The notes under the pieces were generated by a model. That model was not told where the DNA came from. It ran no database searches and saw only the letters and a program-made list of their open reading frames with translations. The translations under genes were made by a program, and so were the position numbers. 57,578 bases of DNA from positions 1 to 57,578 of the IMG/VR virus record IMGVR_UViG_3300019752_000009. One strand, written 5' to 3'. The first letter of the stretch is position 1, and each line of letters starts with the position of its first letter. This document shows positions 18,632 through 28,128 of this stretch, piece by piece. Origin of the DNA: a virus (lineage: Duplodnaviria > Caudoviricetes).

Positions 18632-19798
18632 ATGAGTATTAACCAAATCGCTGATTTAGCGTATGATGTTGTGTTACCAGAGGTACACAAAATTCTTCAC
18701 AATACCATGGTAATGTCACGTCTTGTTGATGTGAATACAATGGAAGAGGTTAAAAAGAAAGGTCAAACTATTGACATTACTTTACCTCAAGATAAACATG
18801 ATCCAGTTGACGTTGACTCCACAAGCGGTATGTCAACAACTGTAATTAAGGCTAACACCGTCCCAGTAACACTTGATGAATGGAAGGGTTTGCAGTGGGA
18901 GCTTGATGATAGGGATTTCTTAGGTACAGTTATTGGTGGGCAGTTACCTTCTATAATGGAAGGGTTCGCGATTGATATTGCAAACTATATTGATCAGCGT
19001 GTCCTTATGGTGGCTGCTGAAACAAACAACTATTATGGTACAGCGGGTTCAACCCCTTCTGCAAAAGCAGATTTAATTGGGGCACGTAAGATTCTACGTA
19101 AAAATGGTGTGCCTGTAGCTAATAACCCAATGATATCGGCTGTATTAGGTTCTGATGCAGAAGCAAATATGCTGGAAGTATTCTCCAATACCAATGAAAA
19201 TGGTAATCAGGCTACTGTAGAAACAGGTATGCTTGGCTCTCCATTTGGTCTTGCAACTTATGCAGATCAAAACATTGATGAGCTGGAACATATTGCAGGG
19301 ACATTCTCAACCACAGGTACGCCAGCGGTTAACGGTGCTGTGTTAGAAGGTGCCACCGTGATGAATTTTGATGGTGGTGCTGGTGTAGAAACAGTCAAGA
19401 AGAATGACCTTTTCACAGTAGCTGGTGTTGAAGGTTCATTTGTATTTACCGCCGACGCTACTGCTGTCGCTGGTGCTGTCACAGGTGCTACCTTTAGTCC
19501 TGCTGCACCTGCTGGTGGTTTTGATGATAACGCCTTAATAACTGTTATTCCAAGCCATTTTAATAACTATGTATTCCACCGTAATGCTATTGTATTGGCT
19601 ATACGCCCATTAGAAGAGGATGGAATTCAAGTTGGTGATTCTTCTGCAATTATCACTGTCACTGAGCCAAACTCAGGTATTTCATTACGTCTTGAAACAT
19701 GGCGCGACCCATACCGTAAGAAACGTATGTGGTCATTGGATGTACTAACTGGTGTTGTGCTGGTTCGTAAAGAGATGATCGTAAGGTTGTTAGGATAA
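18632..19798 (+). CDS. Major capsid protein (P22 coat-like, HK97 fold)
   Basis: KKGQTIDITLP, VTLDEWK, IANYID, FHRNAIVLAIRPL, LDVLTGV..VR motifs. Confidence 0.85.
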   Translation: MSINQIADLAYDVVLPEVHKILHNTMVMSRLVDVNTMEEVKKKGQTIDITLPQDKHDPVDVDSTSGMSTTVIKANTVPVTLDEWKGLQWELDDRDFLGTVIGGQLPSIMEGFAIDIANYIDQRVLMVAAETNNYYGTAGSTPSAKADLIGARKILRKNGVPVANNPMISAVLGSDAEANMLEVFSNTNENGNQATVETGMLGSPFGLATYADQNIDELEHIAGTFSTTGTPAVNGAVLEGATVMNFDGGAGVETVKKNDLFTVAGVEGSFVFTADATAVAGAVTGATFSPAAPAGGFDDNALITVIPSHFNNYVFHRNAIVLAIRPLEEDGIQVGDSSAIITVTEPNSGISLRLETWRDPYRKKRMWSLDVLTGVVLVRKEMIVRLLG

Positions 19799-19847
19799 TT
19801 AAATAAGGGTGATCGGTTGATCACCCTTTCTAATAAAGGATTTATAA

Positions 19848-20084
19848 ATGGCTAAAGTTAATAAAGTAAAATGGTTTGAAAATACTGAAACTGGTGCAGA
19901 AGTATTTTGTAATGCAAGTGATGAAGATGCTATTGAGCGCATCACTGATAATGGTTTCACTGAGAAAAAGCAAGCTGGGGTAAGAAAAGTAAAACCCAAG
20001 CCAGCAGCGAAGGCGGCAAGCACTACAAAAGAAGCTGTAACTAAGGTTGAACAACCTAAAGTACCTGCCGTACCTAAGATGTGA
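19848..20084 (+). CDS. Small Lys/Ala/Pro-rich protein after capsid gene
   Basis: AAGGA RBS; position. Confidence 0.65.
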   Translation: MAKVNKVKWFENTETGAEVFCNASDEDAIERITDNGFTEKKQAGVRKVKPKPAAKAASTTKEAVTKVEQPKVPAVPKM

Positions 20085-20129
20085 TGCGTAAAAGAAAATA
20101 AGAAATAATAAACTATAATTATTTTATAC

Positions 20130-20152
20130 AACCCGCTTATCGCGGGTTTTTT
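20130..20152 (+). terminator. Rho-independent terminator
   Basis: aacccgc-ttatc-gcgggtt plus T-run. Confidence 0.85.
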
Positions 20153-20174
20153 ATTGATAATTAAAAGGTTTATT

Positions 20175-21197
20175 ATGAGAAAATTAGCATCTATTAGAGA
20201 AATTAACGCAATACACCCCATCAAAGGGGCTGATAGAATAGAGATTGTGGTGGTTGATAATTGGGAAGTTATCGCTAAGAAAGGGCTGCATAAGGTGGGA
20301 GAGCATGTAGTTTATTTTGAAATTGATTCATTCCTACCTGTGCACGATAGATATGAATTTTTAAGAAAGTCATGTTTTAAATCCACTAATTGGGGTGGAG
20401 ATGGGTTCAGATTAAAAACAATCAGATTGCGTAAACAAGTGTCACAAGGATTGGTTATGCCGTTATCTGATTTTAATGAGATGGATGGTAAAGCTTATAT
20501 GTTAGGGCAAGACTTAACAAAATTGCTTAATGTGAAATTATATGAGCCACCATTACCAGCTTGCTTACAAGGAAAGGCTAGAGGAAACTTCCCATCATTT
20601 ATACGCAAAACATCACAAGGCAGGATACAAAATAAGTTTAGCTTCCTCTTTAAATACCAAAAAAGAAGCGGTGAATTCGAGGTATCCCTTAAATTAGACG
20701 GTTCAAGTTGCACATTCTACACTAATAATGGTGAAACAGGTGTGTGTTCTAGGAATATAAACCTGAAAAAAGATCAAGAGGGTAACACTTTTGTGGATAT
20801 GTTCCATACACTTGATATGGAACATAAGTTATGGGAAGCAAGAGAGGTGCTGGGGTGCAATGTTGCTATTCAAGGTGAATTGATTGGTGAAGGAATACAG
20901 AAGAACCCTGATAATATTGTCGGTCATGAATTTTATGTGTTTGATATCTGGGATATAGATAAACAAAAGTATCTAAACAGTGAAGAAAGGATTAATTTTT
21001 GTGAATACATTGGCTTAAAACACATTCCCATTAAAAGTATTATCCGTATCACACCTGAAACAACATTTGACGAACTAATGCTTTTATCAGAAACAAAAGG
21101 TTTGAATTCTGATATTGCTGAAGGCGTTGTATTTAAAGATATTAATGATGGTGAAGTGTCATTTAAGGCTATCAACAATAATTATCTGCTAAGATAG
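20175..21197 (+). CDS. ATP-dependent RNA ligase, DRB0094-like (N-terminal OB-like domain)
   Basis: MRKLASI, IKGADRIE, VYFEIDSFLP, SQGL, KLDGSS (motif I), QGELIG, FDI, EGVVFK, FKAIN. Confidence 0.92.
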   Translation: MRKLASIREINAIHPIKGADRIEIVVVDNWEVIAKKGLHKVGEHVVYFEIDSFLPVHDRYEFLRKSCFKSTNWGGDGFRLKTIRLRKQVSQGLVMPLSDFNEMDGKAYMLGQDLTKLLNVKLYEPPLPACLQGKARGNFPSFIRKTSQGRIQNKFSFLFKYQKRSGEFEVSLKLDGSSCTFYTNNGETGVCSRNINLKKDQEGNTFVDMFHTLDMEHKLWEAREVLGCNVAIQGELIGEGIQKNPDNIVGHEFYVFDIWDIDKQKYLNSEERINFCEYIGLKHIPIKSIIRITPETTFDELMLLSETKGLNSDIAEGVVFKDINDGEVSFKAINNNYLLR

Positions 21198-21218
21198 TTA
21201 CTATTATTCATTAGCAGA

Positions 21219-21260
21219 TAAACACCTGTGTAAATTATCGTTTATACAGGTGTTTTTATT
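21219..21260 (+). terminator. Terminator hairpin
   Basis: aaacacctgtgtaaa...tttatacaggtgttt plus T-run. Confidence 0.75.
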
Positions 21261-21294
21261 TGGTATAATGGTTTTTTAAATTAGGGATATTGGT

Positions 21295-22968
21295 ATGTTT
21301 AATAAAAACTTCTTTCCAACACCTAGGAACTTTGTTGAATACCTTAGAGAAAAATATCTGTATAAGGATTATAAGAGGATACTTGATCCCTCTGCTGGAA
21401 AGGGAGATCTGCTAAAGCCCTTAATGCCCACCAATCGTCATTATTATCGTGGGAATTCAGCTAAAATGGAATTTTTTGCCATTGAAATTGAGCCTGAACT
21501 GCAAAAGATTTTGAAACTTACTGAACATATGAGCTTTATTGGTGCTGATTTCCTAGCATTTAATGACCAAATCCAGTTTGATTTAATTCTAATGAACCCC
21601 CCATTCGATAAAGGGGATAGACATCTATTAAAAGCGATTGATGTGATGCATTACACAGGGGATATTCTTTGCATTCTAAATGCTGAGACATTACGCAATC
21701 CATGTACACCCACCAGACGAACCCTTGTAAGTAAACTCAATGAATTAAATGCTGATGTTCAATATCATAAAAATATATTTAAAGATGCTGAACGAAAAAC
21801 AAATGTTGAGATAGCTGTTGTTTGGATTGAGATAAAACATGATGTAACTGATGATGCTTTTTTCTCAGCCACTCAAGCTGCTGAATGGGATGGGGAGCTT
21901 GAACAAAGCAATGATATCTCTGTTGGTGCAAACATACATGGATTAATTGCCGCTTATAATCACCGCGTCGAACTTGGAATTAAATCTATCACGGAAAAGT
22001 ATAAATACCACCACTTGATTGGTGAATATATTGATCCAAACTGGAAACATGACGAGGAATCAAGTGATAGTAGCAAAAATTCATCTTTAACTGAAAGGAT
22101 GAAAACCGATATAAATAAGTTTTTATGGAGATTAAGGAACGATTATTGGGGGCGTGTACTCGAATTTCCTGAGGCTAAAAGTAAGATGACGTATCATCGT
22201 CGAAAAAGGTTTGATATGATGCGCACAAATTGCACGCGCCTAGATTTCACTTATGATAATATAAGGAATTTTCTTAACTCCCTACACGAAAATTACAGTG
22301 AGGACTTGCTGTTATCAGCCACAGATATGTTCGATTATTTCACCAAAGAGTTTTCCTATTGTGGTGACAGTAGTGATAATGTGATCGGTTTAGATGTTGG
22401 TGAACATGAGCGATGGAAAACAAACAAGCCTTTTGTTATGAATAAAAAGATAATATTACCTTTAAGTTCAGTAACATCTAAACTTTATTACAGTGGGTGT
22501 GGCGAGTTAACTTGTGACTATAGGGGTTGGCGTGGTAATTTAGAGTGGGGTGTTAGAACATTCCTTGATGATATCGATAAGATATGCGAAACATTTTATG
22601 ATAAATCTCATGTAGGCTTTATTTCCTCAGCAGATGCAATGCAAAACGCTTTAGAAGCAGTGGCTGAGTCGCGCAATCCAAATGATATGCGAAACATCGA
22701 ATCAACGTTTTTTAAAATGTCAGCTTATAAGAAGGGAACAATTCATCTGACGTTTAGAGATTTAGATGTGCTGAGACGCTGGAATTTAGCTGTGTGTAAG
22801 GAACGTAACTGGGTAGGCTATGAGTATGGGGAACATAGCTATGATGATTTGGATGACGCTGATAAAGATTTTGCCGACGCATTTGAGGGGAAAAAGAAGT
22901 ATCAGCAGAACGTGGGTAAGGTTAGTGGGCTGATTGCAGGTGCTAGTGGGGTACCTAGGTTGATTTAA
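21295..22968 (+). CDS. Amino-methyltransferase (N6A/N4C type) with DUF4942-like C-terminus
   Basis: FFPTP, ILDPSAGKGDL, ILMNPPF, FKDAERKTNVE, WKTNK, YKKGTIHLTF. Confidence 0.85.
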   Translation: MFNKNFFPTPRNFVEYLREKYLYKDYKRILDPSAGKGDLLKPLMPTNRHYYRGNSAKMEFFAIEIEPELQKILKLTEHMSFIGADFLAFNDQIQFDLILMNPPFDKGDRHLLKAIDVMHYTGDILCILNAETLRNPCTPTRRTLVSKLNELNADVQYHKNIFKDAERKTNVEIAVVWIEIKHDVTDDAFFSATQAAEWDGELEQSNDISVGANIHGLIAAYNHRVELGIKSITEKYKYHHLIGEYIDPNWKHDEESSDSSKNSSLTERMKTDINKFLWRLRNDYWGRVLEFPEAKSKMTYHRRKRFDMMRTNCTRLDFTYDNIRNFLNSLHENYSEDLLLSATDMFDYFTKEFSYCGDSSDNVIGLDVGEHERWKTNKPFVMNKKIILPLSSVTSKLYYSGCGELTCDYRGWRGNLEWGVRTFLDDIDKICETFYDKSHVGFISSADAMQNALEAVAESRNPNDMRNIESTFFKMSAYKKGTIHLTFRDLDVLRRWNLAVCKERNWVGYEYGEHSYDDLDDADKDFADAFEGKKKYQQNVGKVSGLIAGASGVPRLI

Positions 22969-22979
22969 CCTTCACGCAT

Positions 22980-23017
22980 AAAAAAGCCAATCATCATTTC
23001 TGGTGATTGGCTTTTTT
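22980..23017. terminator. Bidirectional terminator
   Basis: A6-gccaatca...tgattggc-T6. Confidence 0.85.
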
Positions 23018-23135
23018 GGGAAACCCGTGATGTATCGAGCATCACGGGTTCGATTTACAACGCACTAACTGGAATGGCTGGTGCTAAATAAGCAGGACTA
23101 TATAAAATATAGTGCTTATATTTAATTCATTAACA
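22980..23135 (-). ncRNA. Candidate small RNA (about 155 nt)
   Basis: Minus-strand TTGACA-16-TATAAT (23169-23142), no ORF, 11-bp hairpin 23022-23050, terminator. Confidence 0.5.
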
Positions 23136-23229
23136 ATCTTAATTATAGCTAATAAAAAATAAATGTCAAGTTTATAATTCTAAGCTACCTATATTTTCCT
23201 TATAATAATAAAAATAATATGGGGTACAC

Positions 23230-23565
23230 ATGGCTATTCACAAACACTCTAGGCAGGTTAGCTCTAAACTGTCTTCTGCTACATTCTCAGATTGGCTTCT
23301 TTGTAGAGGCGATGTATCCCTTGTTGCAAGTGGCACATTCTCAGGTACTTTATCCGTGCAGAGGTTGCAAGAACAATTTATGGATAAAGCAACAGGAATA
23401 CCTAAAGATTCAAATAAAATCATAACATTAACTACAACACATACATCACCTTTTGCAGCAAAAGAATTAGAGCCTATAGGTGCTTACTACAGAATTGGGT
23501 TCACGTCTTATACGTCTGGCACAGCGGATACAACAATAACCTATGCTAATAATCTAGGTTGTTGA
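23230..23565 (+). CDS. Putative virion protein (beta-rich)
   Basis: SGTFSGTLSVQR...YRIGFTSYTSGT; follows CTATATTTT. Confidence 0.6.
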   Translation: MAIHKHSRQVSSKLSSATFSDWLLCRGDVSLVASGTFSGTLSVQRLQEQFMDKATGIPKDSNKIITLTTTHTSPFAAKELEPIGAYYRIGFTSYTSGTADTTITYANNLGC

Positions 23566-23566
23566 T

Positions 23567-23716
23567 ATGTCTGATTATGATTTTAAAGAATATAACACGG
23601 TTAATTATAAGTTTGTGAATTATTTTGATAATGATTTGGCTGTGCCGTGGATTCTTGAAACAGGTTTTTGGAATATGTCTGGTGGCTGGGATAACGAAGG
23701 GTTATGGGTGTTTTAA
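23567..23716 (+). CDS. 49-aa Trp-rich protein below the ORF-track size cutoff
   Basis: MSDYDF...WILETGFWNMSGGWDNEGLWVF; fills the gap between two genes exactly. Confidence 0.65.
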   Translation: MSDYDFKEYNTVNYKFVNYFDNDLAVPWILETGFWNMSGGWDNEGLWVF

Positions 23717-25195
23717 ATGTCAAAAATAAATCCAATTATAGAAAATATGACTGGTTTGCAGGCAAGTATAAATCTAAATGAGGCTATTGTTGATGTCGAA
23801 ACTGATGCAACATTAACTGGGGATGGAATTAATACTGATTTAGCTGTTGCTAATCCCGTTAGTGTTTCACAAATAAATAAAATAAATGATACAGCCCTTC
23901 ACGGTATTGATAACCTAGGCACAGATAATCTAATAACCGTAAACGCTGACCCATCTAAGTATGATGTTGCGGCTTTTGATTATTATATAGATGGAACTAA
24001 ATATTCTTTTGCAGGACAAACAGGAATCGCGACTGGCTTTACTGCTGGGGATGATTTTATGGTTGTTGGGGTGAATGCTGCGGGGTTAATCGCTAACCCA
24101 AAAGATGTATTTTTTACACCTGATGATATGCAAACAATATTAGAAATAGGTGGTATGGCAACTGCTGATGGTACAAATATTGTAATTATTGGTAATTCAT
24201 ACATGCGTTTAAATAGTTCTGAGAAAGATATTCACGTGTGGTCTAAGTTTGCTAAGAAAACAAATTATTTAGGTTTTGCAGGTTCAATAAGCGAGTCAAG
24301 CACCGCTTTACAGCTAGATGTTGCGAATGGATATATTATTGATCCAGATATGAACTTAGAGGTTATTGCAGCAGAAACAGATATAGGAATGGCTGCATAC
24401 TATAGAGAATCAGGGTCTTACGAAATACAACCAAAAGTAACACCTTTTATTGTTGATAACTTAAGGTATGACGACGGCACGGACTTAGCTACACTAGGGA
24501 ATAATAAGTGGGCATCGCATACTATAGCACGTAGTTCACGCACTGGAACATATTATTTTATTTATTCTGATGGTGAATTCGCTAATGAGGCGAGTGCTGT
24601 TGATGCACCTTATAGTTTGGGCGGGTTTGGTACTGAAATAGGTAGTGAAGTTGAGCCTTTAGCTAAAGTAATTATACAAAAATCAGCCGCTAATATAAAC
24701 AGAATAATTGATATAAGAAATCTAACGTCCACCGTTGTTAGCGCATCCACATCCACAATGCAAACAACTTATGATCGCAGTACACAACCTCAAATTGTAT
24801 TGGATGCTGGTAAACCTCTTGAGGTGAGAAATGATGCGGGTGACACAAACACTATTATTGAGAAGTGGGCTGATAATGCTGGAGTATCTTTTTTCGAGGT
24901 AACCAAGGATGGGGTTAAATGGAGGACAACAACAGTCACCACCACATCAACACTATCCACTCAAAACAAGCTTGTTTTCGCTAACGCATCAAGCGGAAAT
25001 ATTGATTTAACTTTACCAACTGCGGTTGGCAGATTGGGTATACCATTAACTATTATCCGTACAGATACAACAACTAATGTATTAAAAATAATTGGAGATG
25101 GTTCTGAAACCATATCAGGGGTAAGTGATGGTACACTAGATTCTAACGAGAGCCTAGTGTTAGAGAGTGATGGTTTGAATTGGTTTATAGTGTAA
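23717..25195 (+). CDS. Putative fibre/virion structural protein
   Basis: C-terminal ..SGNIDLTLPTA...GSETISG...SLVLESDGLNWFI module typical of phage fibres. Confidence 0.65.
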   Translation: MSKINPIIENMTGLQASINLNEAIVDVETDATLTGDGINTDLAVANPVSVSQINKINDTALHGIDNLGTDNLITVNADPSKYDVAAFDYYIDGTKYSFAGQTGIATGFTAGDDFMVVGVNAAGLIANPKDVFFTPDDMQTILEIGGMATADGTNIVIIGNSYMRLNSSEKDIHVWSKFAKKTNYLGFAGSISESSTALQLDVANGYIIDPDMNLEVIAAETDIGMAAYYRESGSYEIQPKVTPFIVDNLRYDDGTDLATLGNNKWASHTIARSSRTGTYYFIYSDGEFANEASAVDAPYSLGGFGTEIGSEVEPLAKVIIQKSAANINRIIDIRNLTSTVVSASTSTMQTTYDRSTQPQIVLDAGKPLEVRNDAGDTNTIIEKWADNAGVSFFEVTKDGVKWRTTTVTTTSTLSTQNKLVFANASSGNIDLTLPTAVGRLGIPLTIIRTDTTTNVLKIIGDGSETISGVSDGTLDSNESLVLESDGLNWFIV

Positions 25196-25207
25196 TAAGG
25201 TTTTAGT

Positions 25208-26395
25208 ATGTCCCATTTTAAAAAAACAATAATAAAAGATAGTACTGGTAATGAAGTCTCTGTAGGGTTGTTTGGTTCATTAAAAACAGCCACACCCACA
25301 ACACAAATATCTAAAACATTTGATATTCCACTTGATACGGAATTAGGTGTGATTGTAGATACAACTGGCGTTGGTACTGGTGTGGCTCAATATGAAAGAT
25401 CACTGCTAAAAGTACAGACAAATGGAAACGGAACCGCATCCGTGCAAACTAAGATGAATCTTAGGTATAAAACAGCATCTACTGTTGAGACTTATTTTAC
25501 AGCAAGTTGGCACGGTATAACATCTGGTGCTGATGAAGCTATAATAGGTCTCTTTGATGATCCTGACGGTGTTTATGTAGGGTACAAAGGTACTAACTTT
25601 ATTTGCGCATATAGAAACACAGCGCAAGGTGCTGATGTGGAACAAGTTGTTGATATGTCAGGATATGACTTAACTAAAACATTCAGGTTTAGGATTAGGT
25701 TTGGTTTTCTAGGTGTTGGTAATATCACTTATGAAATATTTGATGGTAACGAATGGGTATTGCTTCATAGATTTAAGACTGATGGTACATTATCTGAGCG
25801 AACTCATGTAGGGAGGGCTATTCTACCTATTAGAGCTGAGGTTTCCTCAACGCTAAATGATTTTTACATAGTATCAGGATCTTGGAGTGCACTGACCTAC
25901 GATAAAACAAATAACTTACAAGATCGCCCGATTGCATCGGTCGGTAGTAGAACTGTTTCAGCAACCGCACTAGGAGCACCTGTAGTGGGTTTTAGAAACA
26001 AAGCGAGCTTTGGTGGTTATGTTAACAAGGTTAGAAGTCAATTGCTATTCTCTGAGTTAGCAACTGGATCAGAAGGATTATATGCGATTGACTTTTATAG
26101 ATATCCATCAGGCACTCTTAATACAGGTACTTGGTCGGATTTAAGTACGTTTTCTGTTTTAGAGGAAAACACCACACTAACAAATACACCGTCTGTGTCG
26201 GATAATCCCATCTTCTCTACAAATTTAGCTGTTGGTAGTCAAGGAATTGGTGTTGAAAGTAAAGATTTGGATTTCGATAAGTTAGGGGTTTATTTAAATG
26301 TTGGCGATGAAATACTGATCACTAAACGAGAACTTATTTCTGGTGGTGGGAACGACATCACAGCTTGGTCATTTGTATTTAACGACCTATTTTAA
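25208..26395 (+). CDS. Putative virion protein, possible lectin/ConA-like fold
   Basis: Beta-rich; LRYK, IGLFD..DG, F.FLGVG.I, LPIRAE. Confidence 0.55.
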   Translation: MSHFKKTIIKDSTGNEVSVGLFGSLKTATPTTQISKTFDIPLDTELGVIVDTTGVGTGVAQYERSLLKVQTNGNGTASVQTKMNLRYKTASTVETYFTASWHGITSGADEAIIGLFDDPDGVYVGYKGTNFICAYRNTAQGADVEQVVDMSGYDLTKTFRFRIRFGFLGVGNITYEIFDGNEWVLLHRFKTDGTLSERTHVGRAILPIRAEVSSTLNDFYIVSGSWSALTYDKTNNLQDRPIASVGSRTVSATALGAPVVGFRNKASFGGYVNKVRSQLLFSELATGSEGLYAIDFYRYPSGTLNTGTWSDLSTFSVLEENTTLTNTPSVSDNPIFSTNLAVGSQGIGVESKDLDFDKLGVYLNVGDEILITKRELISGGGNDITAWSFVFNDLF

Positions 26396-26413
26396 TTGGA
26401 GGCTTAAGAAACA

Positions 26414-26668
26414 ATGGAAACAACAGTTGGTAAAAATGTTGATACAGATATTCACAAGAGAACCAATGTATCAACCTCGAAAATAAAAAACGCTATTACA
26501 GTCATGCTTGGTTTCGTAGTTATATTGATAGTTACTATGACATTAATGTATGCTGATATTAAAAAAGATAATTCAAATATTAAGGCATCATTGGGTGCTA
26601 TTAATGTGCAGAACATATCTTTACTAAAAACAATGCAATGTAATGATTTTACAAGGAGGGGGAAATGA
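26414..26668 (+). CDS. Single-TM membrane protein
   Basis: GGAGG RBS; AITVMLGFVVILIVTMTLM. Confidence 0.65.
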   Translation: METTVGKNVDTDIHKRTNVSTSKIKNAITVMLGFVVILIVTMTLMYADIKKDNSNIKASLGAINVQNISLLKTMQCNDFTRRGK

Positions 26669-26671
26669 GTT

Positions 26672-27004
26672 ATGGATGTTTTGGACTCTGCAATAATGTT
26701 TCTTATTCTTGCTGTGATCGGTGGTATATTTGGAATAGGTAAATACATGTATTCTTTGGATGATGACACACAAACGCCACTTAGGAAAGCTTTTTCTGCT
26801 GCAATTATATCGGCAAGTTTTGCTATGTCATCCCCCCTCATATTGTTAATGGTGGATATTAAGCAAGAGTATGAAGTGTTGATTCTTATAGCGTTTGGAT
26901 CGTTTCTAGCATTTAGTGGAAACGATATAATAAGAAAAACTTTAGAAAAAATCTTGCAATTGAAAAACGATAAGACTAATATAGGCAGCACAAAGAATGA
27001 CTAA
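26672..27004 (+). CDS. Holin-like membrane protein
   Basis: AAGGAGG RBS; three hydrophobic segments, basic C-terminal tail. Confidence 0.55.
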   Translation: MDVLDSAIMFLILAVIGGIFGIGKYMYSLDDDTQTPLRKAFSAAIISASFAMSSPLILLMVDIKQEYEVLILIAFGSFLAFSGNDIIRKTLEKILQLKNDKTNIGSTKND

Positions 27005-27470
27005 CGAAATAAAAGGATACGTTCTTATGTCTATGTTAACCGTAACTGCCATCGCCCTAGGCTTATCTGCATCAAGCTTTGTTGCTTATGCAAATCAAGC
27101 TGATGACTTAGCTATATTAAGGGGAGAGGTTGAAAAGAATGCTGCATTAAGTCAAATGATGGCGTTGCAAGTAAACCACTATATGGACATCACTGACACC
27201 TCCTTAACTGATGTTAAACACAAGCTAGGGGTAATTGAGCGTGAAGTGGAAGTTATTAAGCACGGCTACTCGTTTAATACAAGCTTTTTCACGGTAGCGA
27301 GTGCTAAGCCAAAAATTTACACAGAAAAAGAAATTGCAGAAATGAAACGTCGCCATCAAAAGCAAGTTGAAGAGTATCGAGAGATTGGAGAAATTCTTGA
27401 TAGAACAGGTGGTGATATTGAAGGCTTGGAAAAGAAGATTAAATTAGAAAAGAATAAAAACCAAATTTAA
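26997..27470 (+). CDS. N-terminal TM plus coiled-coil protein (possibly lysis-associated)
   Basis: Hydrophobic N-terminus, overlaps holin-like gene. Confidence 0.5.
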   Translation: MTNEIKGYVLMSMLTVTAIALGLSASSFVAYANQADDLAILRGEVEKNAALSQMMALQVNHYMDITDTSLTDVKHKLGVIEREVEVIKHGYSFNTSFFTVASAKPKIYTEKEIAEMKRRHQKQVEEYREIGEILDRTGGDIEGLEKKIKLEKNKNQI

Positions 27471-27500
27471 AAAGCTTAGCTCACGTTAAGCCTCCAACCC

Positions 27501-27527
27501 AGCCCGTGCTTTAGTGTGGGCTTTTTT
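27501..27527 (+). terminator. Rho-independent terminator
   Basis: agcccgtgc...gtgtgggct plus T-run. Confidence 0.7.
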
Positions 27528-27543
27528 ATGTGTAATGAAAAGT

Positions 27544-27582
27544 AAAAAGCCCCATGATGTTATACCATCATGGGGCTTTTTT
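27544..27582. terminator. Bidirectional terminator
   Basis: A5-gccccatgatg...catcatggggc-T6. Confidence 0.85.
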
Positions 27583-27703
27583 ATAATTTTGATTCGGTAC
27601 TAGCTTAAAAAACTGTTTTGGTAGACGGTTTTGATTTAGGTGGTAGCTATAGAATCGAGGAAGGATATCTCACGCTTAATGTTCAGAGGAGTTATCACTG
27701 TTG
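27544..27703 (-). ncRNA. Candidate small RNA (about 160 nt)
   Basis: Minus-strand TTGACA-16-TATATT with TG extension (27737-27710), no ORF in track, imperfect long hairpin, terminator. Confidence 0.45.
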
Positions 27704-27819
27704 ATATTAAATATAGCACACTATAGGATGATGTCAATATTTTTATCTCCATATTAAAATAAACATTGCAACATACTCAACACTATATTTTATTTATAAA
27801 TATAAAAAGAGGTTTAGCT

Positions 27820-28125
27820 ATGTTTTTTCAGAAAGTATTTAAGTGGTTCCAGTCAACTTTTTCAAATCTCAACTACATGGAAATTGTTTTCAGAACAATA
27901 TTAACAAGTGAAGTTGTTGATGCGTTAATAAATCTAATTAAAATTGCAGAACAAAACGGTGTGCAATTGAATGGTCAGTCTAAGCGCAAGATGGTAGAAG
28001 ATGGAATTAATGACCTGAAACATACATTAAAAGAAGCATCTCAGCTTGCTTTAAATAACGCAAGTCAATACCTCCTTAGATCAGCTATTGAATACCTTGT
28101 TCATAAAGTTAAGGTGGGTAAATAA
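27820..28125 (+). CDS. Hypothetical late protein
   Basis: GAGGT RBS before ATG 27820; follows the 19-bp late element. Confidence 0.7.
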   Translation: MFFQKVFKWFQSTFSNLNYMEIVFRTILTSEVVDALINLIKIAEQNGVQLNGQSKRKMVEDGINDLKHTLKEASQLALNNASQYLLRSAIEYLVHKVKVGK

Positions 28126-28128
28126 AAA

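Noticed and set aside
26414-27470. Complete lysis cassette
   Set aside because: Only membrane proteins seen; no endolysin or o-spanin lipobox recognised
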